Shown: positions 1-8,326 of the stretch, one piece after another
How the letters are laid out: every line of letters starts with the position of its first letter
Numbering within the stretch: position 1 is the first letter of the stretch
Source: an uncultured Anaerolineales bacterium
GTDB taxonomy: Bacteria; Planctomycetota; Phycisphaerae; FEN-1346
Assembly: GCA_964437855.1 (NCBI GenBank)
Contig: CAYTJE010000001.1
Span: forward strand, 1-52,238
DNA: 52,238 nt
Reading direction: 5' to 3'
The notes under the pieces: generated by a model
Seen by the model: the letters and a program-made list of their open reading frames with translations, nothing else
The model's database searches: none
What the model was told of the DNA's origin: nothing
Made by a program: the position numbers and the translations under genes

Positions 1-2
1 GG

Positions 3-494
3 ACCGGGCATGGGGGGTTCCGGAAACGTGCTCCCCGGTAATGGGACTTGAACCAGAAGAAACGGGGTCCCAGCAAGATCTGCCTGGCGGATCACGGGCT
101 ACGAGCCAGTTGGCTTCAGGAGGTTATCCCCCTTCACCCGCCTGGGTTGAGCGAGAATCCTCACCTCACGACCTTGGCAGGATACATCGCCGAGAGCGTA
201 ACGGGTAGCACCCTGGCGACGATTGGTTCGCTTGACCTGGCACACCTTCCCGAACGTTCAAATCAGCCGGAGATTGACTTTATCATGACCGTGGGTACCA
301 AGCGAGTGCCTCTTGAGGTCAAGTATCAGAAACGCATCGATGCGTTACGAGATACGGAAGGGCTCCGAACATTCATCGAGAATACCTCGAACAACGCACC
401 CTTTGCGGTCCTGGTGACCCAGACGGACATGCCGCCGCTGGACGACCCCCGAATCGTCACTCTCCCTCTTTCGAGCCTGATGCTTCTCAGATGA
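3..494 (+). CDS. AAA+ ATPase with DUF4143-type C-terminal region (5-prime partial, frame open to window edge)
   Basis: Frame is open from nt 3 with no upstream stop. The C-terminal pattern EIDFIM..KRVPLEVKYQKRI..LRTFIEN..VLVTQTD..IVTLPL matches the DUF4143 ATPase tail. GC is visibly lower than the rest of the window. Confidence 0.7.
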
Positions 495-557
495 GGCGGG
501 AGGCTTGCGGCGGCCGGTCCATCCACTTGTACGTGTTTAGCGTGGACTTCAGGCGCT

Positions 558-666
558 GTCATTTCGGCCGAGCCCTCGCCAAAGGCGAGGGCGAGCGGAG
601 AAATCTCGTTGTCCGAACACGCATAACGGCGAGATTCCTCGACTCGCTTCGCTCGCTCGGAATGAC
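558..666. repeat. MITE-like palindromic element, family B (GTCATyyCGAG...GAGATTCCTCG...CTCGGAATGAC)
   Basis: Termini GTCATTTCGGCCGAGC and GCTCGCTCGGAATGAC are inverted copies. Related copies lie at 5708-5805 and 7285-7391. It sits between two convergent genes. Confidence 0.7.
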
Positions 667-710
667 ACGCTAAACACGTCCATCCACTTCTTATCCCAGT
701 ACCCGTCCAC

Positions 711-1568
711 TCACATGTCCTTGAAGAGCGCGGGCTGCGGAGGCTCCGCCTTCACGCTGCGCATTCTGGGGCGCCGAAGCATGATCTTGGGGCGCGGAAA
801 GCGCCTTGGCTCCAGGCGGTGTCTCGCCATGGCGCAATACGCTTCGCTGATGTCAATCCCGATAAACCTCCGGCCGGTCGACTTGGCCGCCACGCAGGTG
901 GCCCCGGAGCCGTTGAACGGGTCAAGGACGATGTCCCCCGGAAAGTCTTCCGACGGCACCTCGGCGAACGTGTACATGAGAATCAGGCGCTGCGGAAGAA
1001 CCACCGGGAACGGGGCGGGATGGCCTCCGGTGCGCGCCACGTCTTCAGGGTACATGGGCCACACCTGCATCGTCAGGTTGACCCACTGTTCCTGGGACAG
1101 TTTGCTGGCTTCCTTGACAGCCTTGGGCAGTTTCCGGGGCTTGCCCGGCTTGACAAACACATTGATGAATTCAATGGTATTGTCTTCGTAGAGATTTGGG
1201 GGGTACGGGTAACTGCCGAACATCTTGACGGTTGTTTGTTTCTGCCAGATGTAGAGGCTGAACCGCTCAAAGGCGCAGGCCTCATCCCTCAGAATGGACG
1301 CCTCGATGTCGTTGTTCAAGTTCTTCAGGTGCCGCGTATGGCTCTTGTTCATCGCCTTCTTGGGAACGGGCACCCTGGGCGTGTTGATGCAGAGTTTGCC
1401 GTTCGGAACCAGGACGCGGCCGGCCTCGCGCCAAACCGCCAGGAGGTCGGCCAAGTAATCGTCATACGAGGGCTGGCCGATCTGCCCCTCCACGCCGTAG
1501 TCAACCAGGTTCCAATAGGGAGGGCTGGTGACGATCACGTGCACAGACTCTTCCGGCAACTCGGCCAT
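711..1568 (-). CDS. Beta-class DNA amino-methyltransferase, SPPY type (likely N4-cytosine; N6-adenine not excluded)
   Basis: VIVTSPPYW (motif IV) lies at the N-terminus and LDPFNGSGATCVAA (motif I, FxGxG) near the C-terminus, the order typical of beta-class MTases. No cognate endonuclease is visible. Confidence 0.85.
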   Translation of the reverse strand: MAELPEESVHVIVTSPPYWNLVDYGVEGQIGQPSYDDYLADLLAVWREAGRVLVPNGKLCINTPRVPVPKKAMNKSHTRHLKNLNNDIEASILRDEACAFERFSLYIWQKQTTVKMFGSYPYPPNLYEDNTIEFINVFVKPGKPRKLPKAVKEASKLSQEQWVNLTMQVWPMYPEDVARTGGHPAPFPVVLPQRLILMYTFAEVPSEDFPGDIVLDPFNGSGATCVAAKSTGRRFIGIDISEAYCAMARHRLEPRRFPRPKIMLRRPRMRSVKAEPPQPALFKDM

Positions 1569-1695
1569 GACGCGGGCGGCGTCGCCGCCTTCTGCGGTCT
1601 GCCATTCTAACGCCAGCCGGCACGACGGGTAAAGGAAATAGGGCGTTGGCTGCCGGGCTCTATGGCCGCGCTGAATACGGCTCTTCCGGGCCCGG

Positions 1696-2757
1696 CTACA
1701 TGGCGTCCGGGGAAGCGTGGCGGACGTAGATGCGCCAGCGGCGTTCCAGGTCCCTCAGGCCGAAGCCGTAGGCCTTGCGGAGGGCCTCTTCCTGCGGCAT
1801 GCCGTCCTTGAGGTTCTCGACGAAGGTCTTGAAGTGTCGCCGGCCGGCGGCCAGGAGGAAATCGACGAGCGTCAGGGCCACGCGGTACTGGCCGAGGGTC
1901 AGCAGCCCCCCCATCGGCACCTGGAAGATGGCGCGGATCGACCGGCCGGAGCGGGCGATGCGTTCGGCGGGTTCCCACTTCTGCGGGCGAAGGGCCTTGT
2001 CGTTGACGGTGGTCATGTACTCGGCCAGTCCCTCGTGGAGCCAGAGGGGCAGGCGGCCCTGCGTCTTGTACAACTCGAAGAAGGCGTGGGTGCCCTCGTG
2101 GGCGAAGAGTTCCTGGAGCCGGCGGGGGGCGTCGGTCTCGATGGGGATACAGATGTGGACCAGCGAGGGCCCGTCGGGGCCGTGCGCCTCGATGCCGAAG
2201 TAGGCCCCCGCCCGCGACGCCGCCATCATGCCGTCGAACCGCTTGGCGTACGCCTCGAAGCGGCGCCGGTGGCGAAACAGGATCAGCACGCATTTGCCGT
2301 CCCACACCCGCTCGCTCGCCGACAGGGCGAACTGCTTCAACAGGTTCCGGTACAGCGCCTCGGACCACCGGAGGAAGTTCAGGCTGACCCGTCGGCCGGC
2401 GTCGCTGAAGATGAGGTAGTGGCGGGTTTCGGCCATCTGGAGGTCGGTGCCAAGGGCCTTGTTGATCGTCTTGAGCCGCTTCTTCTGATGGGCGACGATC
2501 GCCTTCTGGTCGATGCCGCCGGAAGCGGTCCGCCAGTCGGCGGGGAGGCTGTAGAGTGCGCGGCCGGCCGGCGTGACGGCCGAGACGCGTTCCTCGTGCG
2601 ACCGCGGGGGCGGGGGCGGCTCGAACTCGATGGCCGACGCCCCGGTCCCCCAGGCCGACAGGGCGACCCCCGCCGCCACGCCGGCCGCCAGCGCGATCGC
2701 CCGCCGCCGCCACCTCCGGCCCCGATGCCCCATGTCGTGTGCTCCCCCGTGGCTCAT
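1696..2757 (-). CDS. DUF1570-like secreted metallopeptidase-fold protein (HExxH)
   Basis: Arg-rich N-terminus followed by a hydrophobic stretch (RRWRRRAIALAAGVAAGVAL). Contains HEGTHAF and a downstream HEGLAEY. Its ATG overlaps the hflX stop (ATGA at 2754-2757). Confidence 0.7.
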   Translation of the reverse strand: MSHGGAHDMGHRGRRWRRRAIALAAGVAAGVALSAWGTGASAIEFEPPPPPRSHEERVSAVTPAGRALYSLPADWRTASGGIDQKAIVAHQKKRLKTINKALGTDLQMAETRHYLIFSDAGRRVSLNFLRWSEALYRNLLKQFALSASERVWDGKCVLILFRHRRRFEAYAKRFDGMMAASRAGAYFGIEAHGPDGPSLVHICIPIETDAPRRLQELFAHEGTHAFFELYKTQGRLPLWLHEGLAEYMTTVNDKALRPQKWEPAERIARSGRSIRAIFQVPMGGLLTLGQYRVALTLVDFLLAAGRRHFKTFVENLKDGMPQEEALRKAYGFGLRDLERRWRIYVRHASPDAM

Positions 2758-4052
2758 GGCTCATCCGTTACGTGACAGGACGCCTCGGCCACGCGATGGA
2801 TTTCCGGAATCAGGCGCTCCGGCAGCCGGACGGTCTGGACGATGGCGGTGTCCGCGGTGTGCCGCCGGAGCACCTCGGCGTGCTGCCGGAGCCAGGCCAG
2901 GAGCCGGCCGTCGGCGGCGTCGGCCCGGACGGTGACCTCGCGCGGGGGCCCCATGAGCCGCTCGAGCACCGCCTCGGCGAGCCGATCGAGCCCGTCGCCG
3001 CGCGTGGCGCTGACGGCCACGGCACCGGGACGGCGGCGGCGGGACAGGTCGAGGTCGGCCTCGTTGGTCACAAGGTCCACCTTGTTCAGGACGACGAGTT
3101 GGGGCTTCTCGTCGCAGTCGATCTCGGCAAGCACCCGCTCGACCGCCTCCAGGTCGTCCTGGACGTGCTCGGTGGAGGCGTCCACGACGTGCAGCAGGAG
3201 GTCGGCGTGGACGGCTTCCTCCAGGGTGGCCTTGAACGAGGCGACGAGGTGGTGCGGCAGGTCGCGGATGAAGCCGACCGTGTCGGAGAGCAGGGCCGAC
3301 AGGCCGAACGGCAGGGGCCAGGCGCGGGTCCGGGTATCGAGGGTGGCAAAGAGTTTGTCCTCGACGTAGGCGCGGGCGTCGGTCAGGGCGTTCAGCAGGC
3401 TCGACTTGCCGGCGTTGGTGTACCCGACGAGTCCGACGGTAAGTTGGTCGCGGCGGGAGGCGACCTGGCGTTCCTTCCGGGCGTCGATCTCGGTGAGGCG
3501 GCGCTTCAGGTCGCGGATGCGCCGGCGGACGAGTCGGCGGTCGGTCTCCAACTGGGTCTCGCCGGGGCCGCGGGTGCCGATGCCGCCCTCGATCCGCGAC
3601 AGGTGCGTCCACAGCCGGCGCAGCCGGGGGTAGGTGTACTCCAGTTGCGCGAGTTCCACCTGGAGCCGGGCCTCGTGGGTGCGGGCGCGGGCGGCGAAGA
3701 TGTCCAGGATCAGTTCGCTGCGGTCGAGGGTCTTGACGCCGGTGCCGGCCTCCAGGTTCCGGACCTGGGCGGGCGTGAGGTCGGCCTCGAAGATGACGAC
3801 GTCGGCCTCGCGGTCGCGGCAGAGGGCCCGCAACTCCTGGACCTTGCCGTGGCCGATGTACGTGCCCGGATGGACCCGCCGGCGGCGCTGAATCATCGCG
3901 GCGACGACACGGGCGCCGGCGGTGTCGGCGAGGCGGCCGAGTTCGTCCAGCCGGTCGCGATGCGTCTGCTCGCCGTCGGCGTCGGAGATGACCTCCACCA
4001 GGACGGCCCGCTCCTTGACGACGGTGCGCCGGGTTCGTTTCAGTTCCTTCAC
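2754..4052 (-). CDS. hflX: GTPase HflX
   Basis: G1 GYTNAGKSSLLNALT, G3 DTVGFI and G4 NKVDL, plus an HflX-type N-terminal domain. GTG start with AAGGAGG upstream. Confidence 0.9.
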   Translation of the reverse strand: MKELKRTRRTVVKERAVLVEVISDADGEQTHRDRLDELGRLADTAGARVVAAMIQRRRRVHPGTYIGHGKVQELRALCRDREADVVIFEADLTPAQVRNLEAGTGVKTLDRSELILDIFAARARTHEARLQVELAQLEYTYPRLRRLWTHLSRIEGGIGTRGPGETQLETDRRLVRRRIRDLKRRLTEIDARKERQVASRRDQLTVGLVGYTNAGKSSLLNALTDARAYVEDKLFATLDTRTRAWPLPFGLSALLSDTVGFIRDLPHHLVASFKATLEEAVHADLLLHVVDASTEHVQDDLEAVERVLAEIDCDEKPQLVVLNKVDLVTNEADLDLSRRRRPGAVAVSATRGDGLDRLAEAVLERLMGPPREVTVRADAADGRLLAWLRQHAEVLRRHTADTAIVQTVRLPERLIPEIHRVAEASCHVTDEP

Positions 4053-4235
4053 CGGCTCAGTATCGCCTCCTTGAGGGGTTATCGGCTCGTTTCGGCGCTG
4101 TTCTCAATGGTATAGCGCCGGCGGCGCGGGGTCAATGCGGGGAGGCGGGAGGGGTGCCCTTCGAGCCGCGTGTGTAAGCACGCGGGTTCGCACAATCGGT
4201 GGCGCATGTATCGCACGCGAGTATCGCGCCGCCAA

Positions 4236-4270
4236 TCGAGCATACCCGCGACCTCACGGTCGCGGCTCGA
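4236..4270. repeat. REP-like hairpin, family E (TCGAGC..CGCGACC-TCAC-GGTCGCG-GCTCGA)
   Basis: The 28-nt string CCCGCGACCTCACGGTCGCGGCTCGAAA (4245-4272) is identical to 42135-42162 inside mtaB. It lies immediately downstream of the stop of the 4276-5712 gene. Confidence 0.75.
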
Positions 4271-4275
4271 AAACC

Positions 4276-5712
4276 CTACTCGCCATAGACGACCATCGCC
4301 GGCAAACGTTCATAGGTATCGACGCCCGCCGGCGGCGGGGGCGCCGGGTCGCGGAACCAGGCGAGCAGATACGGCCCGTCGCCGGTGCGGCGATGGGCGT
4401 CCCACCAGGCCAGGCTCCGCCCGGCCCAGGCCAGGTCGGCGTCGCCGCCGGTCTTCCACTCGACGGCCCAGGCGTCGAGGGGTTGCGTGCGGCCGTCGGC
4501 GTCGGTGGCCTCGCTGCCGTCGACCCGAAGCATCGCGACGGCGTCCGGCCGGTTCGACAAAGCGCGCAAGCCGGCCGGGCTCGGCTCCACCGCCTTGCTT
4601 TCGAAGGGCATGGGCTGCGTATCAAGCAGGTGGAGCAGAAACCGCGCCGCGCGGCTTTCGAAAGCAGGCGCTTCGCCCAGACAGAGTACGCCCTGCACCT
4701 TGTATAGGTCGTCGGACGAAGCCAACACGGGAAGCGGAAACGGGGTTTCTCGAGGTTTCGGCAACGGGAAGCGGGCAGCGGTGCCGCCGTGCGACGCCAA
4801 GCAGACAAAGTGCTCCAAGGCCGCGAGCGGCTTTCCACGTTCGGCATAGTACACGCGGGCTTCGCGGATGCTTGGCCCTTCTGGCCCGGCAAACAGAACG
4901 ATCAGGACGCTTGACGCAGCGGCTAGCAACAGCATTGCTCCCACCAGAAACGCACGGCGGCGCTGAAGCAGAAGGGCAGCCACGAGCACGGCCAGCGAAA
5001 AAAGGGCTAGGCCCAGCCAGATCGTTGTCGAGTCTGCTCCCGGCCCTGAAGCCTCAGCGAATAACCAACAAGTGTCCGGTTGAACCGTGGCCAGCATGCC
5101 CGGCGGGAAGGACGCCGACACGACCTGTAGGTCATCCGGCGGCCGGTAATGTACGACCCGCGCCCGGCCCGGCGGAGCGCCGTTATCGGTCACAATGACG
5201 TCCAGTAGGCCACAGCGGGCCGCCATGTTGAATTCGCCGGGCAAGGTGGAAGAGTAGTAAATGGAGCGAACCTCTCGACCATCCAGGGCTTTACGGAGAT
5301 CCCGTACAAGACGCGTACTCCCTCGCGTCATCATTCGCCCCACGATAGCCACGTTCTCGGAGACGGGGCGAATCGGGATATCCTCTATCTCGCTGACATC
5401 AACTATATCACCATCGCTGCTCTCGCACCCAACCGTCACAGACAAGGGGCCGCCAGCGTAGAAGACGGGGAAAACGAACTCTTCGGTTCGGCCGGGAGCC
5501 ACGTGAAGCGGCGCCACGATGTCAACCGGGCCGCCACAGGAAACGCGAGTCCGGTCGAAAGGCCGGTCCGAGTCGTTCGAAACAACCAGCGTCACAGGCA
5601 CGTAATAGCCGACGCGCGCCAGGCCGTCGGTGACGTCGAGGGAGGCGGTGACGTCGATGTCTGCGGCGAGGGCGGCGGGGACGGCGAGGAGGAGAAGGGA
5701 AAATGATGTCAT
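4276..5712 (-). CDS. Hypothetical secreted/membrane protein (signal peptide plus two central TM helices)
   Basis: Start chosen at ATG 5712, giving MTSFSLLLLAVPAALAADI, a signal-like N-terminus. The longer ORF to 6066 runs through a repeat and into the upstream gene. No recognisable domain. Confidence 0.6.
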   Translation of the reverse strand: MTSFSLLLLAVPAALAADIDVTASLDVTDGLARVGYYVPVTLVVSNDSDRPFDRTRVSCGGPVDIVAPLHVAPGRTEEFVFPVFYAGGPLSVTVGCESSDGDIVDVSEIEDIPIRPVSENVAIVGRMMTRGSTRLVRDLRKALDGREVRSIYYSSTLPGEFNMAARCGLLDVIVTDNGAPPGRARVVHYRPPDDLQVVSASFPPGMLATVQPDTCWLFAEASGPGADSTTIWLGLALFSLAVLVAALLLQRRRAFLVGAMLLLAAASSVLIVLFAGPEGPSIREARVYYAERGKPLAALEHFVCLASHGGTAARFPLPKPRETPFPLPVLASSDDLYKVQGVLCLGEAPAFESRAARFLLHLLDTQPMPFESKAVEPSPAGLRALSNRPDAVAMLRVDGSEATDADGRTQPLDAWAVEWKTGGDADLAWAGRSLAWWDAHRRTGDGPYLLAWFRDPAPPPPAGVDTYERLPAMVVYGE

Positions 5713-5805
5713 GCTGAGCGCCGCGACGCATCTCGCCTTGCTCCACAGCCAAAACAAAAGACCACGGCGAGATTCTTCGTCGCCCTGCGGGCTCCTCAGA
5801 ATGAC
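5708..5805. repeat. MITE-like palindromic element, family B
   Basis: The left end GTCATGCTGAGCG..CGACGCATCTCGCC and right end GGCGAGATTCTTCGTCG..GCTCCTCAGAATGAC are inverted copies. It fills the spacer between the debranching gene and the 4276-5712 gene. Confidence 0.75.
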
Positions 5806-5819
5806 AACCGGTTTGCCCA

Positions 5820-8042
5820 TCACGGCGCGCCCCCCGTCTCCTCCAGCATCCGCCAGATATGGATCGCGGCCGCCACCGACCACGCCTGGGCGATGCACCC
5901 GCCGGGTGCGTGCGGCGGGTCGCCGTCGTACACCTCGCCAATCTGGCCCAGACACGCCTCGTCCATGGCATCCACGAGCCCAGAGAGGATCTGCCCCGCC
6001 TCGCCCCGGGCACACTCGCGGCACTCGACGGCGAAGACGGCGTCGACGTACGGCCCCAGGAGCCACGGCCAGGCGGTGCCCTGGTGGTAGGCGGCGTCGC
6101 GCTCGTCCGGGCCGCCGCGGTACACCCCTTTATACGAGGGATGGGCCGGGTCGAGCGTCCTGAGGCCGCGGGGCGTCAGGAGCCGCTCGCGGACCGTCCG
6201 GACGACGGCCTTCGCGCGCTCGCCCCGCAGCGGCGCGTGCGGCAGGCCGACCGCGAAGATCTGGTTCGGCCGGATCGCGGGGTCGGGGGTGCCACCCGGC
6301 GCGATGCAATCGTACAGACACCCCGCGGCCTCGTTCCAGAAGAGGGCCTCGAAGGCGTCGCGGGCGGACGCGCGAAGGCCGCACGCCTCGGGCGCCTCGA
6401 CGCCGAGCGTCTCGGCCATCTCCTCCACGAGGGCGAGGCCCGAGAGCCAGAGGGCCTGGACCTCGACCGCCTTCCCGTGGCGGGGCGTGACGGGCCGACC
6501 GTCGGACGTGCGGGCGTCCATCCACGTCAGTTGCGTGTGCTCGTCACCGGCCAGGACGAGACTGTCGGCGTCGGCATGGATGCCGAACCGCGTGCCCTCG
6601 GCGCAGCGGCGGACGATGTCGCAGGCGACGGGCCAGAGCGAGGCGCGGGCGTGGTCGGCCCAGCCGGGGTCGTGGGGCACTTCCTGCTCGCCGCACCACG
6701 TCACGTACGCCGCCAGGGCCTGGAGGAACCAGAGGCCGGCGTCGACGGTGTTGTAGGCGGGCTCGCCGTCCTCCTCACCGAAGGAGTTGGGGATGAGACC
6801 ATCGGCAGCGGCGGCGGCGAACGCCTCCAGGACCATGGCGGCCTCCGCGGGCCGCCCGACCTCGATCGCCAGGCCCGGCAGGGCGATCATGGCATCGCGG
6901 CCCCAGTCGGCGAACCACGGGTAGCCGGCGATGACGGTCCGCAGGTCCTTGCCCGCGGCGCGGCGGCAGACGAGGAAGGCGTCGGCGGCGCGGCGGAGGG
7001 CGGAAACGGGATCGGTCGCGCTATCGGAGGGGCCGGAGCGGAGGGGGATATCCCGCCGCTCCCGCGGCGGGCTCGAAGGCATGGCGCGCGGCGGGCTCGG
7101 AGACGGCGGGTCGAAGACACAGAACAGGCGGCAGTCGCCGGGGCCGGAACCGCGGACGGTCCATCGGCCGGGCGCGAGGAGGTCCTGCGTGAAGTCAAAC
7201 CCGCGCTCCCGCTCGACGCGGACCTGGACGCCCTCGTACCACGTGGGCTCGCCGCCGGCCTCGACGGAAACATCCCCCTCGCTGTCATCCTGAGGCCCGC
7301 AGGGCCGAAGGATCTCGCCTTGGTCGTTCGCCGGCGCGCCGTTCTCACGGCGAGGTTCTTCGTCGCGGCTTCGCCGCTCCTCAGAATGACAGCCTTCCGG
7401 GACATCCGCCCACACGAACACGCCCGGCAGGCCCTCCGTCAGGACCCGCCAGCCGGGGGCGTCCTGGAGAAGTTCCGCGCGGAAGCGGTCGTGCTTGTGG
7501 CCCAGATGGTGCATCGACCGCAGGGCGAGCATCGGGGCCAGGTCGAGCGTCCAGTCGCCGTCGGCCTGGACCTCATAGGTGATGCATACGCCCGCCGCAT
7601 CCGGCAGCAGGTGGACCTCACGGGTCACCGTCGGCCCGGCGGCGCGGGAGACGAGGGCCACCCCGCTTGCGCGGCGGGTCTCCGCACCCGCCGCGTGGTC
7701 AACCAGACCGCCTATCCTGCGCGGTGGCTCCGCAGACCCACCGCGCGGCACATTATGGAACTCGAAGGCCACCGCCGAGCCGTCGGGATGAAAGCCGCCT
7801 GAGTACTCGGTGGTGGAGAGCCAGGCCTCGCCGTCGGCGGTCGCGAGCCGCTCGTCGATGTGCGAGAGGACGACGTGCCGCCCCAGCGGCGGCCGCAGCG
7901 CCGGCACCCACAGGCCGTGATACCGGCGCGTCGGACACAGGAGCACCGTGGAGGAGGCGTAGCCGCCGCCGCCGTCGGCCAGGAGCCACTCGGTGGCCAG
8001 GGCGCGGTCGAGGTCTCGCAGGTCGTCGGCGCGGCGGTGCAT
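5820..8042 (-). CDS. Amylo-alpha-1,6-glucosidase / glycogen debranching enzyme (bacterial-archaeal GDE type)
   Basis: N-domain GGGGYASSTVLLCPTRRYHGLW and C-domain GYPWFADWGRDAMIALPGL, with a long alpha/alpha-toroid-like tail. Start set at ATG 8042 (MHRRADDL...), because the ORF part upstream of it overlaps a repeat. Confidence 0.85.
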   Translation of the reverse strand: MHRRADDLRDLDRALATEWLLADGGGGYASSTVLLCPTRRYHGLWVPALRPPLGRHVVLSHIDERLATADGEAWLSTTEYSGGFHPDGSAVAFEFHNVPRGGSAEPPRRIGGLVDHAAGAETRRASGVALVSRAAGPTVTREVHLLPDAAGVCITYEVQADGDWTLDLAPMLALRSMHHLGHKHDRFRAELLQDAPGWRVLTEGLPGVFVWADVPEGCHSEERRSRDEEPRRENGAPANDQGEILRPCGPQDDSEGDVSVEAGGEPTWYEGVQVRVERERGFDFTQDLLAPGRWTVRGSGPGDCRLFCVFDPPSPSPPRAMPSSPPRERRDIPLRSGPSDSATDPVSALRRAADAFLVCRRAAGKDLRTVIAGYPWFADWGRDAMIALPGLAIEVGRPAEAAMVLEAFAAAAADGLIPNSFGEEDGEPAYNTVDAGLWFLQALAAYVTWCGEQEVPHDPGWADHARASLWPVACDIVRRCAEGTRFGIHADADSLVLAGDEHTQLTWMDARTSDGRPVTPRHGKAVEVQALWLSGLALVEEMAETLGVEAPEACGLRASARDAFEALFWNEAAGCLYDCIAPGGTPDPAIRPNQIFAVGLPHAPLRGERAKAVVRTVRERLLTPRGLRTLDPAHPSYKGVYRGGPDERDAAYHQGTAWPWLLGPYVDAVFAVECRECARGEAGQILSGLVDAMDEACLGQIGEVYDGDPPHAPGGCIAQAWSVAAAIHIWRMLEETGGAP
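7285..7391. repeat. Family B MITE-like element embedded in frame in the debranching-enzyme CDS
   Basis: GTCATCCTGAGGCCCGCAGGGCCGAAGGATCTCGCC ... GGCGAGGTTCTTCGTCGCGGCTTCGCCGCTCCTCAGAATGAC. It is translated as GCHSEERRSRDEEPRRENGAPANDQGEILRPCGPQDDS. Confidence 0.7.
7669..7746. repeat. REP doublet (family A) embedded in frame in the debranching-enzyme CDS
   Basis: Two hairpins: CGCGGCGGGT-CTCCGC-ACCCGCCGCG and GCGCGGTGG-N9-CCCACCGCGC. The span is 78 nt, or 26 codons. It is translated as ..VPRGGSAEPPRRIGGLVDHAAGAETRR.. Confidence 0.7.
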
Positions 8043-8110
8043 GGGGCGCTCCGAACGGACGAACCGCAACCTTACGGTTGCGGCTCGGGCGAAGCAAGTA
8101 TAAAAGGCCC

Positions 8111-8235
8111 TAACAGAAAGACATTCAACGCAGAGCACGCCGAGGACACAGAGAGAAACGACGCCTTCTTGAGTCAGAAGCAAGGCGCTCCTTCGTTCTC
8201 AGCGGTCTCTGCGCTCTCTGCGTTTCATTCTGTTA
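8111..8235. repeat. Inverted pair of family D units (AACGCAGAG-rich) with terminal inverted repeats TAACAGAA..
   Basis: The left end TAACAGAAAGACATTCAACGCAGAGC and right end CTCTCTGCGTTTCATTCTGTTA are inverted copies. The unit resembles those at 37890-37930 and 38049-38080. Confidence 0.65.
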
Positions 8236-8326
8236 GAGGTTGTAAGGCAGGCGGGCGCCGGCACTCGAGGCGGCGTCGGAGGCCACAGGCGTTTCGGCGG
8301 GGGAGGTCTGGAGCCGGATGGCCCCC
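8233..8326 (-). pseudogene. Displaced duplicate of the 3-prime end of the GH15-ferredoxin gene (remnant)
   Basis: 8284-8326 matches 8504-8546 at about 38 of 43 nt by eye. The remnant translates as GAIRLQTSPAETPV..., against GAIRLQTAPAETPV... in the intact gene. Confidence 0.5.

Noticed and set aside
1607-2764. 385-aa minus-strand ORF and 352-aa plus-strand ORF overlapping the DUF1570-like gene
   Set aside because: These are Arg/Pro-rich translations. The 1696-2757 frame contains the HExxH and conserved hydrophobic pattern and is coupled to hflX.
4276-6066. N-terminal extension of the hypothetical protein to 6066, or to the ATG at 5820 that overlaps the upstream stop
   Set aside because: The extension is encoded by the family B repeat and by the 3-prime end of the debranching gene in another frame. 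A signal-peptide-like N-terminus begins at ATG 5712.
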